Assembly: GCA_039630415.1 (NCBI GenBank) | Contig: JBCNVB010000013.1 | Coordinates: forward strand, 160,001-224,000 | DNA: 64,000 bases | Reading direction: 5' to 3' | Source: a bacterium | Lineage (GTDB): Bacteria; DRYD01 | Shown: one piece after another, positions 38,442-48,222 of the stretch | Numbering within the stretch: position 1 is the stretch's first letter | Layout of the letters: every line of letters begins with the position of its first letter | Program-made: the position numbers and the translations under genes | The notes under the pieces: model-generated | What the model saw: only the letters and a program-made list of their open reading frames with translations | Told to the model about the DNA's origin: nothing | Database searches by the model: none

Positions 38442-39514
38442 ATCTCGTTTTGTATAAGTATTTAATAGGTGAGATGGTAAAGCCGTTTTTCATAGGTCTT
38501 ATTGGTTTTATTATCTTTATGATAAGTGAGACAATGTTTATATTGGTTGATCATGTGATTAGTAGAGGTGTTGATATTGTAAGTGTTACAAAAATTTTGG
38601 TTTATAGAATACCTGCTTTTTGTGTGGTTGCTATACCTGTAGCTAATTTGTTTGCTGTTATAAACGCGGTTACTAAACTAGAATCTAGTTTTGAAATTAC
38701 GTCTATGAGAATATTGGGGATTAGATTTTTTTTCATTATTCTTCCTTTTTTGTTTGTTGCTGTTTTTATGACTTTTGTAAGTTTTTTTCTGAATGAGAGT
38801 ATAGTACCTGTGAGTATGAAGGTTTCGGAGCGGATAATAAAAGAAAAGATTATAGGTAGTGGTATATCTTTTATTAATTCTGATGTTTTTTTTAAAATGC
38901 CCAATGGGGAGATTGTTATAGTTAGGCAGGTTGATAGAAAAAACAAAGTTTTGATCAATGTTATGGTATCTGACATTAGGTTGGGTACTTTTGGTAGGAT
39001 TATAACAGCTAAAAAAGGGTATGTTAAGAATTTAGTTTTGATCCTAGAAGACGGATTTTTGATTGATTTTTCTAATCGAGGATTTGTAAAAGCACAGGTT
39101 AAATTTAGAACGATTCAGATACCCTTTAGGATGTCTTTTGAGGAAATAATAAAGGAATTTAAGAATCCCTGGGAAATGAGTTATGATGAGCTAAAGAAAG
39201 AAGTAGACAATAGGGAAAGATTGGGTTGGAGGGATAATTTTCTAAAGACTCAATTATATTTGAAGTTTAGTTTACCTATTTCTTGTATTATAGTAGTTTT
39301 ATTATCTTTTCCTTTAGCTGTTATTTTTGCGAATAAGGGAAGATTTATTGGTTTACTTATAAGTGTTTTGTTAATATTTGCGTATTATACGTTGTTTTCT
39401 TTTTTTGTTGCTTTGGGTAAGAATAATTTGCTTGATCCTTTTTTAGCGGCTTTCGGAGCTAATATGGTTATGTTGACTGCTGGTATTATTTTGGTATACA
39501 TTGTAGAAAGATGA
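38435..39514 (+). CDS. LptF/LptG-family LPS export permease
   Basis: 3 TM, E.T.MR..G, periplasmic jellyroll, 3 TM (KFSLP...PL). Confidence 0.88.
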   Translation: MLNLVLYKYLIGEMVKPFFIGLIGFIIFMISETMFILVDHVISRGVDIVSVTKILVYRIPAFCVVAIPVANLFAVINAVTKLESSFEITSMRILGIRFFFIILPFLFVAVFMTFVSFFLNESIVPVSMKVSERIIKEKIIGSGISFINSDVFFKMPNGEIVIVRQVDRKNKVLINVMVSDIRLGTFGRIITAKKGYVKNLVLILEDGFLIDFSNRGFVKAQVKFRTIQIPFRMSFEEIIKEFKNPWEMSYDELKKEVDNRERLGWRDNFLKTQLYLKFSLPISCIIVVLLSFPLAVIFANKGRFIGLLISVLLIFAYYTLFSFFVALGKNNLLDPFLAAFGANMVMLTAGIILVYIVER

Positions 39515-40608
39515 ATATAGTGGTTAAGCTAAGTGTCCTTACAAGGTATGTCTTTGTGAATTTCATAGAATCATTTTTGATAGGTTTCATAATTTTTAAC
39601 TTTATAATAATACTAACTTCGCAACTTTATCAAGTTATAAAGTGGTTAGTTGATGGTGTTTACGGTTTATTTGATGTTTTGAAATATCTTTTATTTATAT
39701 CTCCGATATATTTGAATTATGTTATACCTGTTTCTGTGGTATTTGCTGTTGTTAGTTGTATAGGTAAGCTTAGTAGTAACTTTGAGATTATTGCTATAAA
39801 TAGTTTTGGTATTTCTACTATGATTATATTTAGGAGGATTGTTATTTTGGGGTTTTTAATTAGTCTAGTGCATTTTATTTTTAACGAGTTTTGGGCTTAT
39901 AGATTTATATCCATTGGGTTGGATATGTACTACTCTGCTTCTAAAGATTTCAAAGGTGTTATTAAAAACTTTTCTCATATTTCTCAAGGTAAGGATAGTG
40001 TAAGTTATTTGTGGGCTGAGGAATACATAGGGGATATAGAACTAATGAAAGGTGTTTTTATTGTAGTAAAAGATAAAATATCGAAATTGATAAAAAAAAA
40101 TATAGTTTCAGAGATAGCAAAAAAGAAAACAGACAATGTATGGGTTCTGTATAATGTTGTGATATATGACTATATTAGGGGTACCAAGATTTCGATCATG
40201 AATATTGAATATACTTTTGAGTTTTTGAACGATAAAAAAAGGAAAAAGCATAGAGAAGAGATGAATGTATTTAGTTTATATTCTATGGCTAAGGAGTATG
40301 AAAAAGCGGGATTTAAGGATCTTGCCTTTGATATGTATGTTAAGCTGAATTTGAAATTTATTTTTCCGTTTAGTGGATTTTTTTTATTGTTTTTGGTATT
40401 TCCTTTTTCTTTAACAAAGGTTAGAGTTAGTAATTTTCTGGGGATAGTTTTATCTATATCTGTTGCTATTGGATATTATGTTTTGCTAACCTTTTTTCAA
40501 TTACTGTGTACTAAAACTGGTGTTTTAATATTTTTGTGGTTTCCTAATTTTTTATCTACCTTTTTAGGAGGAATTTTAATTTTTATGAAAAATATACATT
40601 ACGAGTAA
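39511..40608 (+). CDS. LptF/LptG-family LPS export permease
   Basis: RY, LSSNFEIIAI...GIS, same topology, W.PN near the C-terminus. Confidence 0.85.
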   Translation: MNIVVKLSVLTRYVFVNFIESFLIGFIIFNFIIILTSQLYQVIKWLVDGVYGLFDVLKYLLFISPIYLNYVIPVSVVFAVVSCIGKLSSNFEIIAINSFGISTMIIFRRIVILGFLISLVHFIFNEFWAYRFISIGLDMYYSASKDFKGVIKNFSHISQGKDSVSYLWAEEYIGDIELMKGVFIVVKDKISKLIKKNIVSEIAKKKTDNVWVLYNVVIYDYIRGTKISIMNIEYTFEFLNDKKRKKHREEMNVFSLYSMAKEYEKAGFKDLAFDMYVKLNLKFIFPFSGFFLLFLVFPFSLTKVRVSNFLGIVLSISVAIGYYVLLTFFQLLCTKTGVLIFLWFPNFLSTFLGGILIFMKNIHYE

Positions 40609-40622
40609 CTAATGGAGTTCAG

Positions 40623-41693
40623 TTGATAAATATGTTGAGTTTTCTGGGTAGTAAAGAAATATACGTGGGATTGGATGTAGGTAGTTACTTTCTAAAAATT
40701 GTTGTTGCAGATTCTAATTGGCAAGATATGAAAAATTTGAAATCATGTAGGGTTGATTGGTTTACCAAAGTACCTGTGCAAAACATAACTGATAAGGAGG
40801 AAATAAGTGCTCGGTTGTCTGAAATATTTTCTGCTTATAAAGCTCAAAAAAAGGTAATTAAGGTCATAGGTTGTATTTCAAGTCCAAATGTGATAGTAAG
40901 GACTATAGAAGTTCCTAAGAAGACAAATATGGATAAAGAGGGTGCAGAAATAGCTAGAAACTATATACCCTACAAAATAGAGGAAGCCAGATATATTTTT
41001 TACACCCTTAATGAAGATATTCCCGATTCACCAGATAAAAAAGAGGTTTTGATAGTTTCATTCTTGTTGGAAGATGTTATTGCAATGAATGATATTTTAG
41101 CTGCTGCTGGTTTAGAGAAGGTTGCTGTAGAATTCGATGAGTTGGGTGTTTGGAGATTATTAGAGGGAACCAATTATCAAAACTTTAGGAACCAAAATAA
41201 TATTGTGGTTGATTTGGGATATTCTATTACAAAAATAATGGTTTTTAACAACGGGAAATTAAAACAAATGAGAAACTTGAGGATAGGGGGAGAAGAAATA
41301 AGAAAGAGAATAATTGAAAAAACAGGAAGTTCTGATTTTACTGAAGATCAGTTTGAAAGAATATCTTTCAATGATCCAAGATTTGCTCCTATAATTTCAA
41401 GGGGATTTGAAGCTATTACAAAAGAGATTAAGAGAACCTTAATTGCCTATAAAGGAAAACTTGAGTTTTCAAATGTATACATTATAGGTGGAATGTCTTA
41501 CATTGAAGGTATTGCTGATTATTTTTCAAGGGAAACATCACTTAATGTCAGTAGTATTGATTTATCTAAGTTGTCGAATATAATAAAGATAGATAGGAAG
41601 ATAGAGAGTGACTTTAAGAAGCAAATAGGTATATATATAAATGCTTTGGGGCTTGCTCTTGGACATGGACAGCAGAAATTCGTAAGAAGATAG
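40623..41693 (+). CDS. pilM: Type IV pilus assembly protein PilM
   Basis: GLDVGS..LK, VDLG...T, IGG, GGMS, ALGLAL; first gene of the pilMNOPQ cluster. Confidence 0.9.
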   Translation: MINMLSFLGSKEIYVGLDVGSYFLKIVVADSNWQDMKNLKSCRVDWFTKVPVQNITDKEEISARLSEIFSAYKAQKKVIKVIGCISSPNVIVRTIEVPKKTNMDKEGAEIARNYIPYKIEEARYIFYTLNEDIPDSPDKKEVLIVSFLLEDVIAMNDILAAAGLEKVAVEFDELGVWRLLEGTNYQNFRNQNNIVVDLGYSITKIMVFNNGKLKQMRNLRIGGEEIRKRIIEKTGSSDFTEDQFERISFNDPRFAPIISRGFEAITKEIKRTLIAYKGKLEFSNVYIIGGMSYIEGIADYFSRETSLNVSSIDLSKLSNIIKIDRKIESDFKKQIGIYINALGLALGHGQQKFVRR

Positions 41694-41715
41694 ATAAGTA
41701 TTAGGAGGTGTTAGA

Positions 41716-42309
41716 ATGGGAATTGTTATAGTTGATCAAGAAAAAACTATAAACTGGGCTAAGGAGATAATTATAGTAATTATTATCTTGGTTATGATAG
41801 GAATTGCTTATATTGTTCCATACTTCATGGCTCAGGAAAAGATAGCATCAATAAAAGCTATTAAAGAAAAAGTTGAAAAATATGTGCAAGAATCGAGAAA
41901 CTTTCAAAATCAACTACCAGCTATGGAAAACAGTATAAAGAATATTCAGATAATTAATAATGAGCTAAATACTCTAAGGTTAATATTCAATGAATCGGTT
42001 CTTCAGAGGTTTATCATAGTGGAATTACCTCATATTTTGCCTCCTGAAGCGTGGATGACAAATTTAACAATTAACTTTGATGCAAAAACTGCTTCATTTA
42101 GTGTTAATATAGTAGGTACTAGAGATAAGGTTCTAAAGAATTCTGCTCAGCTTCTTGATAATATCAATAACAGTATAGTCTTCAAAAATCCCAAAGTTAC
42201 AGGTATAAACATTCAGGAACAGGATAGAGAGGTTGTATCCAATTTCAACGTAGAGCTAAATTTTGAGTATTCAATAGATATTATGGAAAGCTACTATAAA
42301 AAGAGATAA
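41716..42309 (+). CDS. pilN: PilN-like type IV pilus alignment protein
   Basis: Single TM, coiled coil, LP.EAW.T.L ferredoxin-like domain; position after pilM. Confidence 0.75.
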   Translation: MGIVIVDQEKTINWAKEIIIVIIILVMIGIAYIVPYFMAQEKIASIKAIKEKVEKYVQESRNFQNQLPAMENSIKNIQIINNELNTLRLIFNESVLQRFIIVELPHILPPEAWMTNLTINFDAKTASFSVNIVGTRDKVLKNSAQLLDNINNSIVFKNPKVTGINIQEQDREVVSNFNVELNFEYSIDIMESYYKKR

Positions 42310-42322
42310 GGAGGGGTAGTCA

Positions 42323-42937
42323 ATGAATGCATTTGATTTAATTAAATTTTTGATTGGTATAGTAGCAGCAATAGGTGTATTTTTCTTGAGCTGGAGGTTT
42401 AATTATGATCCTTTAATTCAGAAGGAAAATGCTTGGAAGGAGGAGCTAAAGAAAGCCCAGGAATTGTATGATATGACTATAAAAGTAAGGAATGACTATG
42501 AAAAATATCAAAAGATAGCTGAAGAATACGAAAAGCTTAAAGAACAGTTTTTCCCTTCCATGAAGGAAGGAACGAATGAAATGTTTATGTCTACAATCCT
42601 CAAAAGCTTGGAAGAAATAGTAACACGTGTAAGAAATGAATCTAAAGATAAAGACTTTAAGTTGAATAATATAAGTTTTGGAACAATATCGAATAGAAGT
42701 ATAGGTTCTGGTGAAGAAGGTGAAGGTATAGCAGTTAGAAGTACTGAGATAACAATGAGTTTAAGTGGTAAATATGCTACTGTAGTAAGATTCATAAAGG
42801 CTTTATCTGATATTAATAAGATAGGAGCTCTGATTAGGATAAAGAATATATCTTTCTCTCCTACTTCGAGAGAAGTTGGTAAATCACCTGTAAGTTCTAT
42901 AAGTATCACGCTTGAAATGTTACAGATTATAAGATAA
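42323..42937 (+). CDS. pilO: PilO-like type IV pilus alignment protein
   Basis: TM plus coiled coil, G.Y..V..FI..L motif; position. Confidence 0.8.
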   Translation: MNAFDLIKFLIGIVAAIGVFFLSWRFNYDPLIQKENAWKEELKKAQELYDMTIKVRNDYEKYQKIAEEYEKLKEQFFPSMKEGTNEMFMSTILKSLEEIVTRVRNESKDKDFKLNNISFGTISNRSIGSGEEGEGIAVRSTEITMSLSGKYATVVRFIKALSDINKIGALIRIKNISFSPTSREVGKSPVSSISITLEMLQIIR

Positions 42938-42956
42938 AATGGGGGTGTGATGAATT

Positions 42957-43550
42957 ATGAAATTTTATACTAAAGTATTGGTTAGCTTAGCTTTAATGGG
43001 TTTAGTATTAAGTGGGTGTACAACTGACCAAATGTCGGCTATAGAGTCCCCCGGTGACTTAACAAAAGAGATAAAAATAGATACTTCTAAATTAGGTACT
43101 CCTATACCGGATGTTGAGGAGGTAAGGAAAAAACTTGCTTCAAAACCTAACATACCTGAAAAAAGGGAAACAGTTGATTTAAAAGATCCTTTTATCTTAA
43201 AATCCTTAAAAGCTCTAGCTCTTCAAACTAAAGAAAAGAAGAAAGAAGAGGCAACTGAAGGAAAGGTGGAAGAAAAGATAGAAGATCCAGAACAAGCTCA
43301 AGTTCAAAAAGATAAGGCTAGTGATTCTATAAACATAGCAGAAGAGTCACCTATGATGTTTAACTTTGAAGGAGTATCGGTATATGCTGATCAAAGAAGA
43401 GCAATTTTAAGACATCTAGAAAACAATAGAACCTACATAGTTAAAAAAGGTGACATAGTTGGGGGATATACCATCACTGATATAACTGATGATAGTCTAA
43501 TTTTAGTTAAGGGAATGGAAAAATTAGTAATAACCAAAAAGAAAAAGTAG
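42957..43550 (+). CDS. pilP: PilP-like lipoprotein
   Basis: Lipobox LSGC, KDPF motif, G......RAI...YIVKKGD.V.G..I..I. Confidence 0.75.
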   Translation: MKFYTKVLVSLALMGLVLSGCTTDQMSAIESPGDLTKEIKIDTSKLGTPIPDVEEVRKKLASKPNIPEKRETVDLKDPFILKSLKALALQTKEKKKEEATEGKVEEKIEDPEQAQVQKDKASDSINIAEESPMMFNFEGVSVYADQRRAILRHLENNRTYIVKKGDIVGGYTITDITDDSLILVKGMEKLVITKKKK

Positions 43551-43563
43551 GAGGTGAAATTAA

Positions 43564-45702
43564 GTGAAAAGGATAATACAGTTTCTTACCATAGCGGCTA
43601 TAATGATAAACATATGTCTAGCTGGAACTATATCCAAAGTAGAGATTAAAGAGATAGATGGAATGGTAAAAATAACGATTAATACTTCTGCTCCATACAA
43701 GGCTTTTTACCAAGAGAAAAATCTGAGGGTTGTTTTGAGAAACACTGATATAAATTTATCAAGTACAGAAGCTGAATTAATGCCTGGTGGTCCAGTTTCT
43801 AAAGTTGCGGTTAATAAGGAAAATGAGAACGCGGTATTGGATATTAATTTAAGTTATGGTCCTATAGTGTACAAAGTATATACTATTGTTGGTTTAACTG
43901 TGGTAGAAATAAAAGAGAAGGATCTACCTGAACCAGTGGGTCCAAAAACTGCATACAGCGAAGCTAAGGGTAGTATAAGAAATTATATCGTTCTATCTGC
44001 TCCGGAGGAAACTAAGCCGTCAGAGAAAGCTACGGAAAAGGTTGTAGAAAAGCAAGTACCACAAAAACAAACTGAGGAAAAACAAGCTGACAAAAAAACT
44101 AAGGATCAAGTTGAAGTAAAAAAGGTGGAGGTAAAGAAGGAAAAGACTATTGCTGATATACTCAAGGAAATGAAAAAGAGAAAGAAGGAGCAAGCTAAAC
44201 AAAAGGAAGAGAAAAAAGTTGAGCAAAAAGTTCAAAAAGAACATGAAAAACCTGCTTATACTCCAAGAAGAACGATTACGCTAGATCTTGTGGATGCTAC
44301 TTTAGTAGATACTGTTAGATTGATAACGGAAAACTTGGGTTGGAATGTTATTTTTGCTCCTGAGGTTATAAAGTATCAAGAGAAATTGACAATGAAGCTG
44401 GTAAATGTTGATCCTGAGAAGACCTTGAAAATGATACTTTTGTCTAATGGTTTTGATTATAGGATAGTAAATGATATAGCATATGTAGCAACTCCTGATA
44501 AGTTGGAGAAGTTTCAACAAGACATTAAGGCTGCTGGTCCGACAAAATCGCAGGTTATAAATTTAGAAAATGCTTCGGCAAAGGAGATAGAGCCTATAAT
44601 CAAGTCTAACTTTCCGGAAGCGAATGTTCAGGTAGTAGAGAAGACAAATAGTTTACTAGTGAAGGCTCCTGTACAAACAATAGTTGAGATAAAGAACTTG
44701 ATAAGTCAGTTAGATGTACCACCACCACCTCCTCCTCCGGTTACTCCTCCAGTTACTGAGGTTATAAGATTAAACTATGCTCAAGCACAGAATGTGGTAG
44801 AAATGATGGGTAATTTGGTTCCTAAGGAGTCGATAGCAATAGATCAGAGAATGAATTCGTTAATAATAACAGCAACGCCTGACATAATAGAAACTGTGAA
44901 ATCTTTTGTAAAAGCGGTTGACGTTCCTTTACCTCAGGTAGCTTTAAGAATGCACTTTTTATCTTTAACAGAGGAAGCTTCCAGGCAGTTAGGGGTAGAC
45001 TGGGGTAACCAGGCAAACAATATTAGCATAAAGGAAGTTAACGAAAGTTTATCTGGTACTAAGGGTAATAACGTAGATACTCCATATTGGGGTGTTAACT
45101 GGTTTACAAGGAATTCTCTTACTTTTCAAGCTACTCTTAATTACTTAATACAAACCAATAAGGGTAAGGTATTGTCTGCACCATATGTAATGACTCAAAA
45201 TAGGCAACAAGCTGAAATACAAATAGGTCAGCAAATACCTGTACTTTATACAGACTATAGAACTGGTCAAATACAGGCTCAGTATATAAACGTAGGTATA
45301 ATTTTAAGAGTTACACCTGATATTTCACCGGACGGATATGTTACTTTAAACCTATCTCCAGAAGTTTCAGAATTAGGAGCTCAAATACAAGGTACTCAAT
45401 ACTTTATCATATCTACGAATAGAGTACAAAACACGGTGAGAATAAAGCAGGGTGACACTGTACTTATTGGTGGATTATTCAGAAACATATCTAATGATTC
45501 TATAAAGAAGGTTCCTTTACTTTCGGATATACCTGTTATAGGTGAGATATTCAAGGCAAGATCTAAGAGGAATGAAAAAGCTGAGCTAATAATAGCCATA
45601 ACACCAATTGTTTTAATGGATTTACCAAAGTTAAACGAAACTATGCAGTATGAAAAGATGGATAAGAAGGGTATAAAAGTAGAAGGTGCAACAAAGTTCT
45701 AA
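43564..45702 (+). CDS. pilQ: Type IV pilus secretin
   Basis: Signal peptide, AMIN-like N-domain, N0/N3 domains, secretin core (LSAP, GQQIP, VGIILRVTP, LIGGL, KVPLLSDIPVIG..FK). Confidence 0.92.
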   Translation: MKRIIQFLTIAAIMINICLAGTISKVEIKEIDGMVKITINTSAPYKAFYQEKNLRVVLRNTDINLSSTEAELMPGGPVSKVAVNKENENAVLDINLSYGPIVYKVYTIVGLTVVEIKEKDLPEPVGPKTAYSEAKGSIRNYIVLSAPEETKPSEKATEKVVEKQVPQKQTEEKQADKKTKDQVEVKKVEVKKEKTIADILKEMKKRKKEQAKQKEEKKVEQKVQKEHEKPAYTPRRTITLDLVDATLVDTVRLITENLGWNVIFAPEVIKYQEKLTMKLVNVDPEKTLKMILLSNGFDYRIVNDIAYVATPDKLEKFQQDIKAAGPTKSQVINLENASAKEIEPIIKSNFPEANVQVVEKTNSLLVKAPVQTIVEIKNLISQLDVPPPPPPPVTPPVTEVIRLNYAQAQNVVEMMGNLVPKESIAIDQRMNSLIITATPDIIETVKSFVKAVDVPLPQVALRMHFLSLTEEASRQLGVDWGNQANNISIKEVNESLSGTKGNNVDTPYWGVNWFTRNSLTFQATLNYLIQTNKGKVLSAPYVMTQNRQQAEIQIGQQIPVLYTDYRTGQIQAQYINVGIILRVTPDISPDGYVTLNLSPEVSELGAQIQGTQYFIISTNRVQNTVRIKQGDTVLIGGLFRNISNDSIKKVPLLSDIPVIGEIFKARSKRNEKAELIIAITPIVLMDLPKLNETMQYEKMDKKGIKVEGATKF

Positions 45703-45729
45703 TAAACAGCCTGGATGTTAAAAGGTAAG

Positions 45730-45760
45730 AGGGGGTGGTACTAAACACCCCCTTTTTTTT
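45730..45760 (+). terminator. Rho-independent terminator after pilQ (possibly bidirectional)
   Basis: AGGGGGTG-gtactaaa-CACCCCCT followed by a T-run, between convergent genes. Confidence 0.85.
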
Positions 45761-45770
45761 ATGGTAGCTT

Positions 45771-46061
45771 TTACTCCCACTCAATATTAGTTCCCAGAGC
45801 TTGTGACCAAGAGCTACATATGGATTGTTGCTTTTCATGCTTTGTGCTATTATCGTTTCTGAGTTGTTCAAATAATTTTTTATCTGTTTCTTTTCTTTTC
45901 TTTATTTCTTGGTAAATGATATCGTTAAACTCTTTTTGTTTTTGGTAGTGAGTTTCTACTTCTTGTTTATATCTTTCATTTACATTATCTATTGCATTTT
46001 TTGCAGTGCTTATAACTGTTGGTAGCACGGTAAGAATTAGTTGAGGATTTATACCTGCCAT
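45771..46061 (-). CDS. Small helical/coiled-coil protein of unknown function
   Basis: 96-aa ORF with strong RBS (AGAGGGAGGT, 46071-46080 on - strand), own upstream region, ends next to the terminator. Confidence 0.8.
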   Translation of the reverse strand: MAGINPQLILTVLPTVISTAKNAIDNVNERYKQEVETHYQKQKEFNDIIYQEIKKRKETDKKLFEQLRNDNSTKHEKQQSICSSWSQALGTNIEWE

Positions 46062-46223
46062 ATACTTCTTACCTCCCTCTTTGTTATTATGTTTATACTA
46101 TTAAACTCTCTTTTATGGTAATCAAATCAAATATTTTTTACATTTTTTTCACAACTAGTTTAATTGGTTAAAAGTTAAATTTTTGTAAAGGATAACCAGA
46201 ATATTTAGTGAATATAATAAATA

Positions 46224-46610
46224 ATGATCAACGTGAAATTTGGTTCGGATAATCAAGAGGAATTAGGTAATACTTTTAATAAAGTTCATCAGACCTTAAG
46301 GGAGAATGTTTTGGTGGAAAAAAAATACTTTATAGGTAATGGTTGTTGCATATATAAAATAATAGACTTTGTTGGTAACGAGGAAAAAATATTTGTAATA
46401 GCTTTCTACTATGAAAAAACTTTGCACTATGACGTTAAACAAAACTTCCTACTTAAATTGATAAAAGATAATAGTCAAATAACTTGCATAATGGAAAATG
46501 TGGGTTATATATTCATAACAGACTTATTCGTTAAAAGTTTTTCATTTTTTTGGAATGAAGTTTTTTCGGAAGCTTTTAAAAATGTGGATAATATTTACAA
46601 AAACTTCTAG
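46224..46610 (+). CDS. Hypothetical protein
   Basis: 128-aa ORF; TATAAT 5 nt upstream of the ATG. Confidence 0.55.
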   Translation: MINVKFGSDNQEELGNTFNKVHQTLRENVLVEKKYFIGNGCCIYKIIDFVGNEEKIFVIAFYYEKTLHYDVKQNFLLKLIKDNSQITCIMENVGYIFITDLFVKSFSFFWNEVFSEAFKNVDNIYKNF

Positions 46611-46636
46611 CTTATAGGTGTGAGATATAGGTTAGT

Positions 46637-47182
46637 ATGGACTTTTATTTAGGTTGGAGTAAAAATATAGAAAGAAAGTTTAAGAGTGATTATAAGCTGG
46701 CATTAGTTTTCGATAAAATTTCTTTCTATCCTGTAAATGCCTTACTAAAATTATACTTGATAAAAGATGATGAGAGGATAGAGGTTAATTCGGTAGAGGT
46801 ATTTAAAAATAGAGTAAGGATAGAGAATGAGGAGCAGGCTTTAGACTTTGTTAGAATGTTTACTGAACCAGAATTGCATGTATTCTTTGATCTACTTGCA
46901 ATAGAAGTATTTAAATCTTCATCTAATCCTTATAGTCCATATGGAAGTATTGAGGATCAAGTTTTTGATAAGCTAGGTCTAGTTCAACCAATAGTTAGAA
47001 AAATAGATAGGGACTTTGTAATATCTAGAACTCTATTGTTCTATCCAGATTCTGAAGGGATACTGGGAAGAAGGTTATGTATCGTAAGGGAAAATCTAAA
47101 ATATAATGGAGAATATGTAATGGAAATAGCAAAAGAAATAGCTTACGACAAGATAGAAAGTATAAGAATGCCTGTAGATTAG
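46637..47182 (+). CDS. Hypothetical protein
   Basis: 181-aa ORF tightly packed before gcvT. Confidence 0.7.
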   Translation: MDFYLGWSKNIERKFKSDYKLALVFDKISFYPVNALLKLYLIKDDERIEVNSVEVFKNRVRIENEEQALDFVRMFTEPELHVFFDLLAIEVFKSSSNPYSPYGSIEDQVFDKLGLVQPIVRKIDRDFVISRTLLFYPDSEGILGRRLCIVRENLKYNGEYVMEIAKEIAYDKIESIRMPVD

Positions 47183-47187
47183 TTGGC

Positions 47188-48219
47188 ATGAAAAGTCCAT
47201 TAGCAAATGTTTATGAAAGTTCGAGTCTAGTATATACTAACTTTTTTGGATATGATTGTCCACTGTACTTTACAAGTATCATGCAAGAATCAAAATTGGT
47301 AAGGCAAAATTTAGGGGTATTCGACCTTTATCATATGGGAAGAATATTCTTGTACAAGAATACAGAAATACAAAATTTGAATACTGTACTTTCTGTTGAA
47401 ATAGATACAATAAAACCTTATCAAAATAAGGGTAAAGCTAAGTATGCATTAATACTAAACGATAGAGGAACAATAGAGGATGATGTAGTTATATACGACT
47501 ATATTGATAAGTATTTATTAGTGTGTAATGCTTGTAATAAACAAAAACTTATGAGAATTTTTGAGGGTTTACGAATAAAGTTTGAGGATGTTAGTAATGA
47601 ACTTATGATGATAGCTGTACAAGGTCCTAGAGCTAGTGGTGTAATTAGTCAATTCTTTAATCTTGATATTTCAAATATTTATTTTTACGACTATGTTATA
47701 AAAGATAACTATTTAATATCAAGGAGTGGATATACTGGAGAGGATGGTTTTGAGATATACTCTTCTATTAAGCTGATGAGAGATTTTTTGAGTTGGGTTT
47801 TAGAAAAATATGGACAAGTTATGTGTGGACTTGGAGCCAGGGATACGCTGAGAATAGAGGCGGGATTACCTTTGTACGGAAACGAAATAGATGACAAAAC
47901 AACTCCAATAGAAGCTAACTTAAATTGGGCTGTAAAAGTTGAAAGAAGTTTTATTAAAAATAAGTCTTTAAAATACTTTGAGGTTAATCAAAACAAGAGA
48001 ATTCCAAGGAAACAAGATAAAGTTTACATGGATGATATTGAGGTTGGATTTGTTACCAGTGGTACTTTTTCTCCAAATCTACAGAAGCCCATTGGGATGC
48101 TTTATTTGTATAAAGGTTTTGAGGATCATAGGGGGCAGTATAGGGTGAAAGATGTTATACTTACTTTGTATGAAAAACCATTAATTCAACCAAAATACTA
48201 CAGAAAGATGGGTAACTAA
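47188..48219 (+). CDS. gcvT: Glycine cleavage system aminomethyltransferase T
   Basis: FD..HMG, DD, NA.N, AVQGP, SRSGYTGEDGFE, GLGARDTLRIEAG.PLYG, TSGTFSP. Confidence 0.95.
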   Translation: MKSPLANVYESSSLVYTNFFGYDCPLYFTSIMQESKLVRQNLGVFDLYHMGRIFLYKNTEIQNLNTVLSVEIDTIKPYQNKGKAKYALILNDRGTIEDDVVIYDYIDKYLLVCNACNKQKLMRIFEGLRIKFEDVSNELMMIAVQGPRASGVISQFFNLDISNIYFYDYVIKDNYLISRSGYTGEDGFEIYSSIKLMRDFLSWVLEKYGQVMCGLGARDTLRIEAGLPLYGNEIDDKTTPIEANLNWAVKVERSFIKNKSLKYFEVNQNKRIPRKQDKVYMDDIEVGFVTSGTFSPNLQKPIGMLYLYKGFEDHRGQYRVKDVILTLYEKPLIQPKYYRKMGN

Positions 48220-48222
48220 GGT

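Noticed and set aside
46137..46154. Rex or Crp box (TTCACAA half-site)
   Set aside because: Only one half-site matches; better described as the direct-repeat motif reported in findings.
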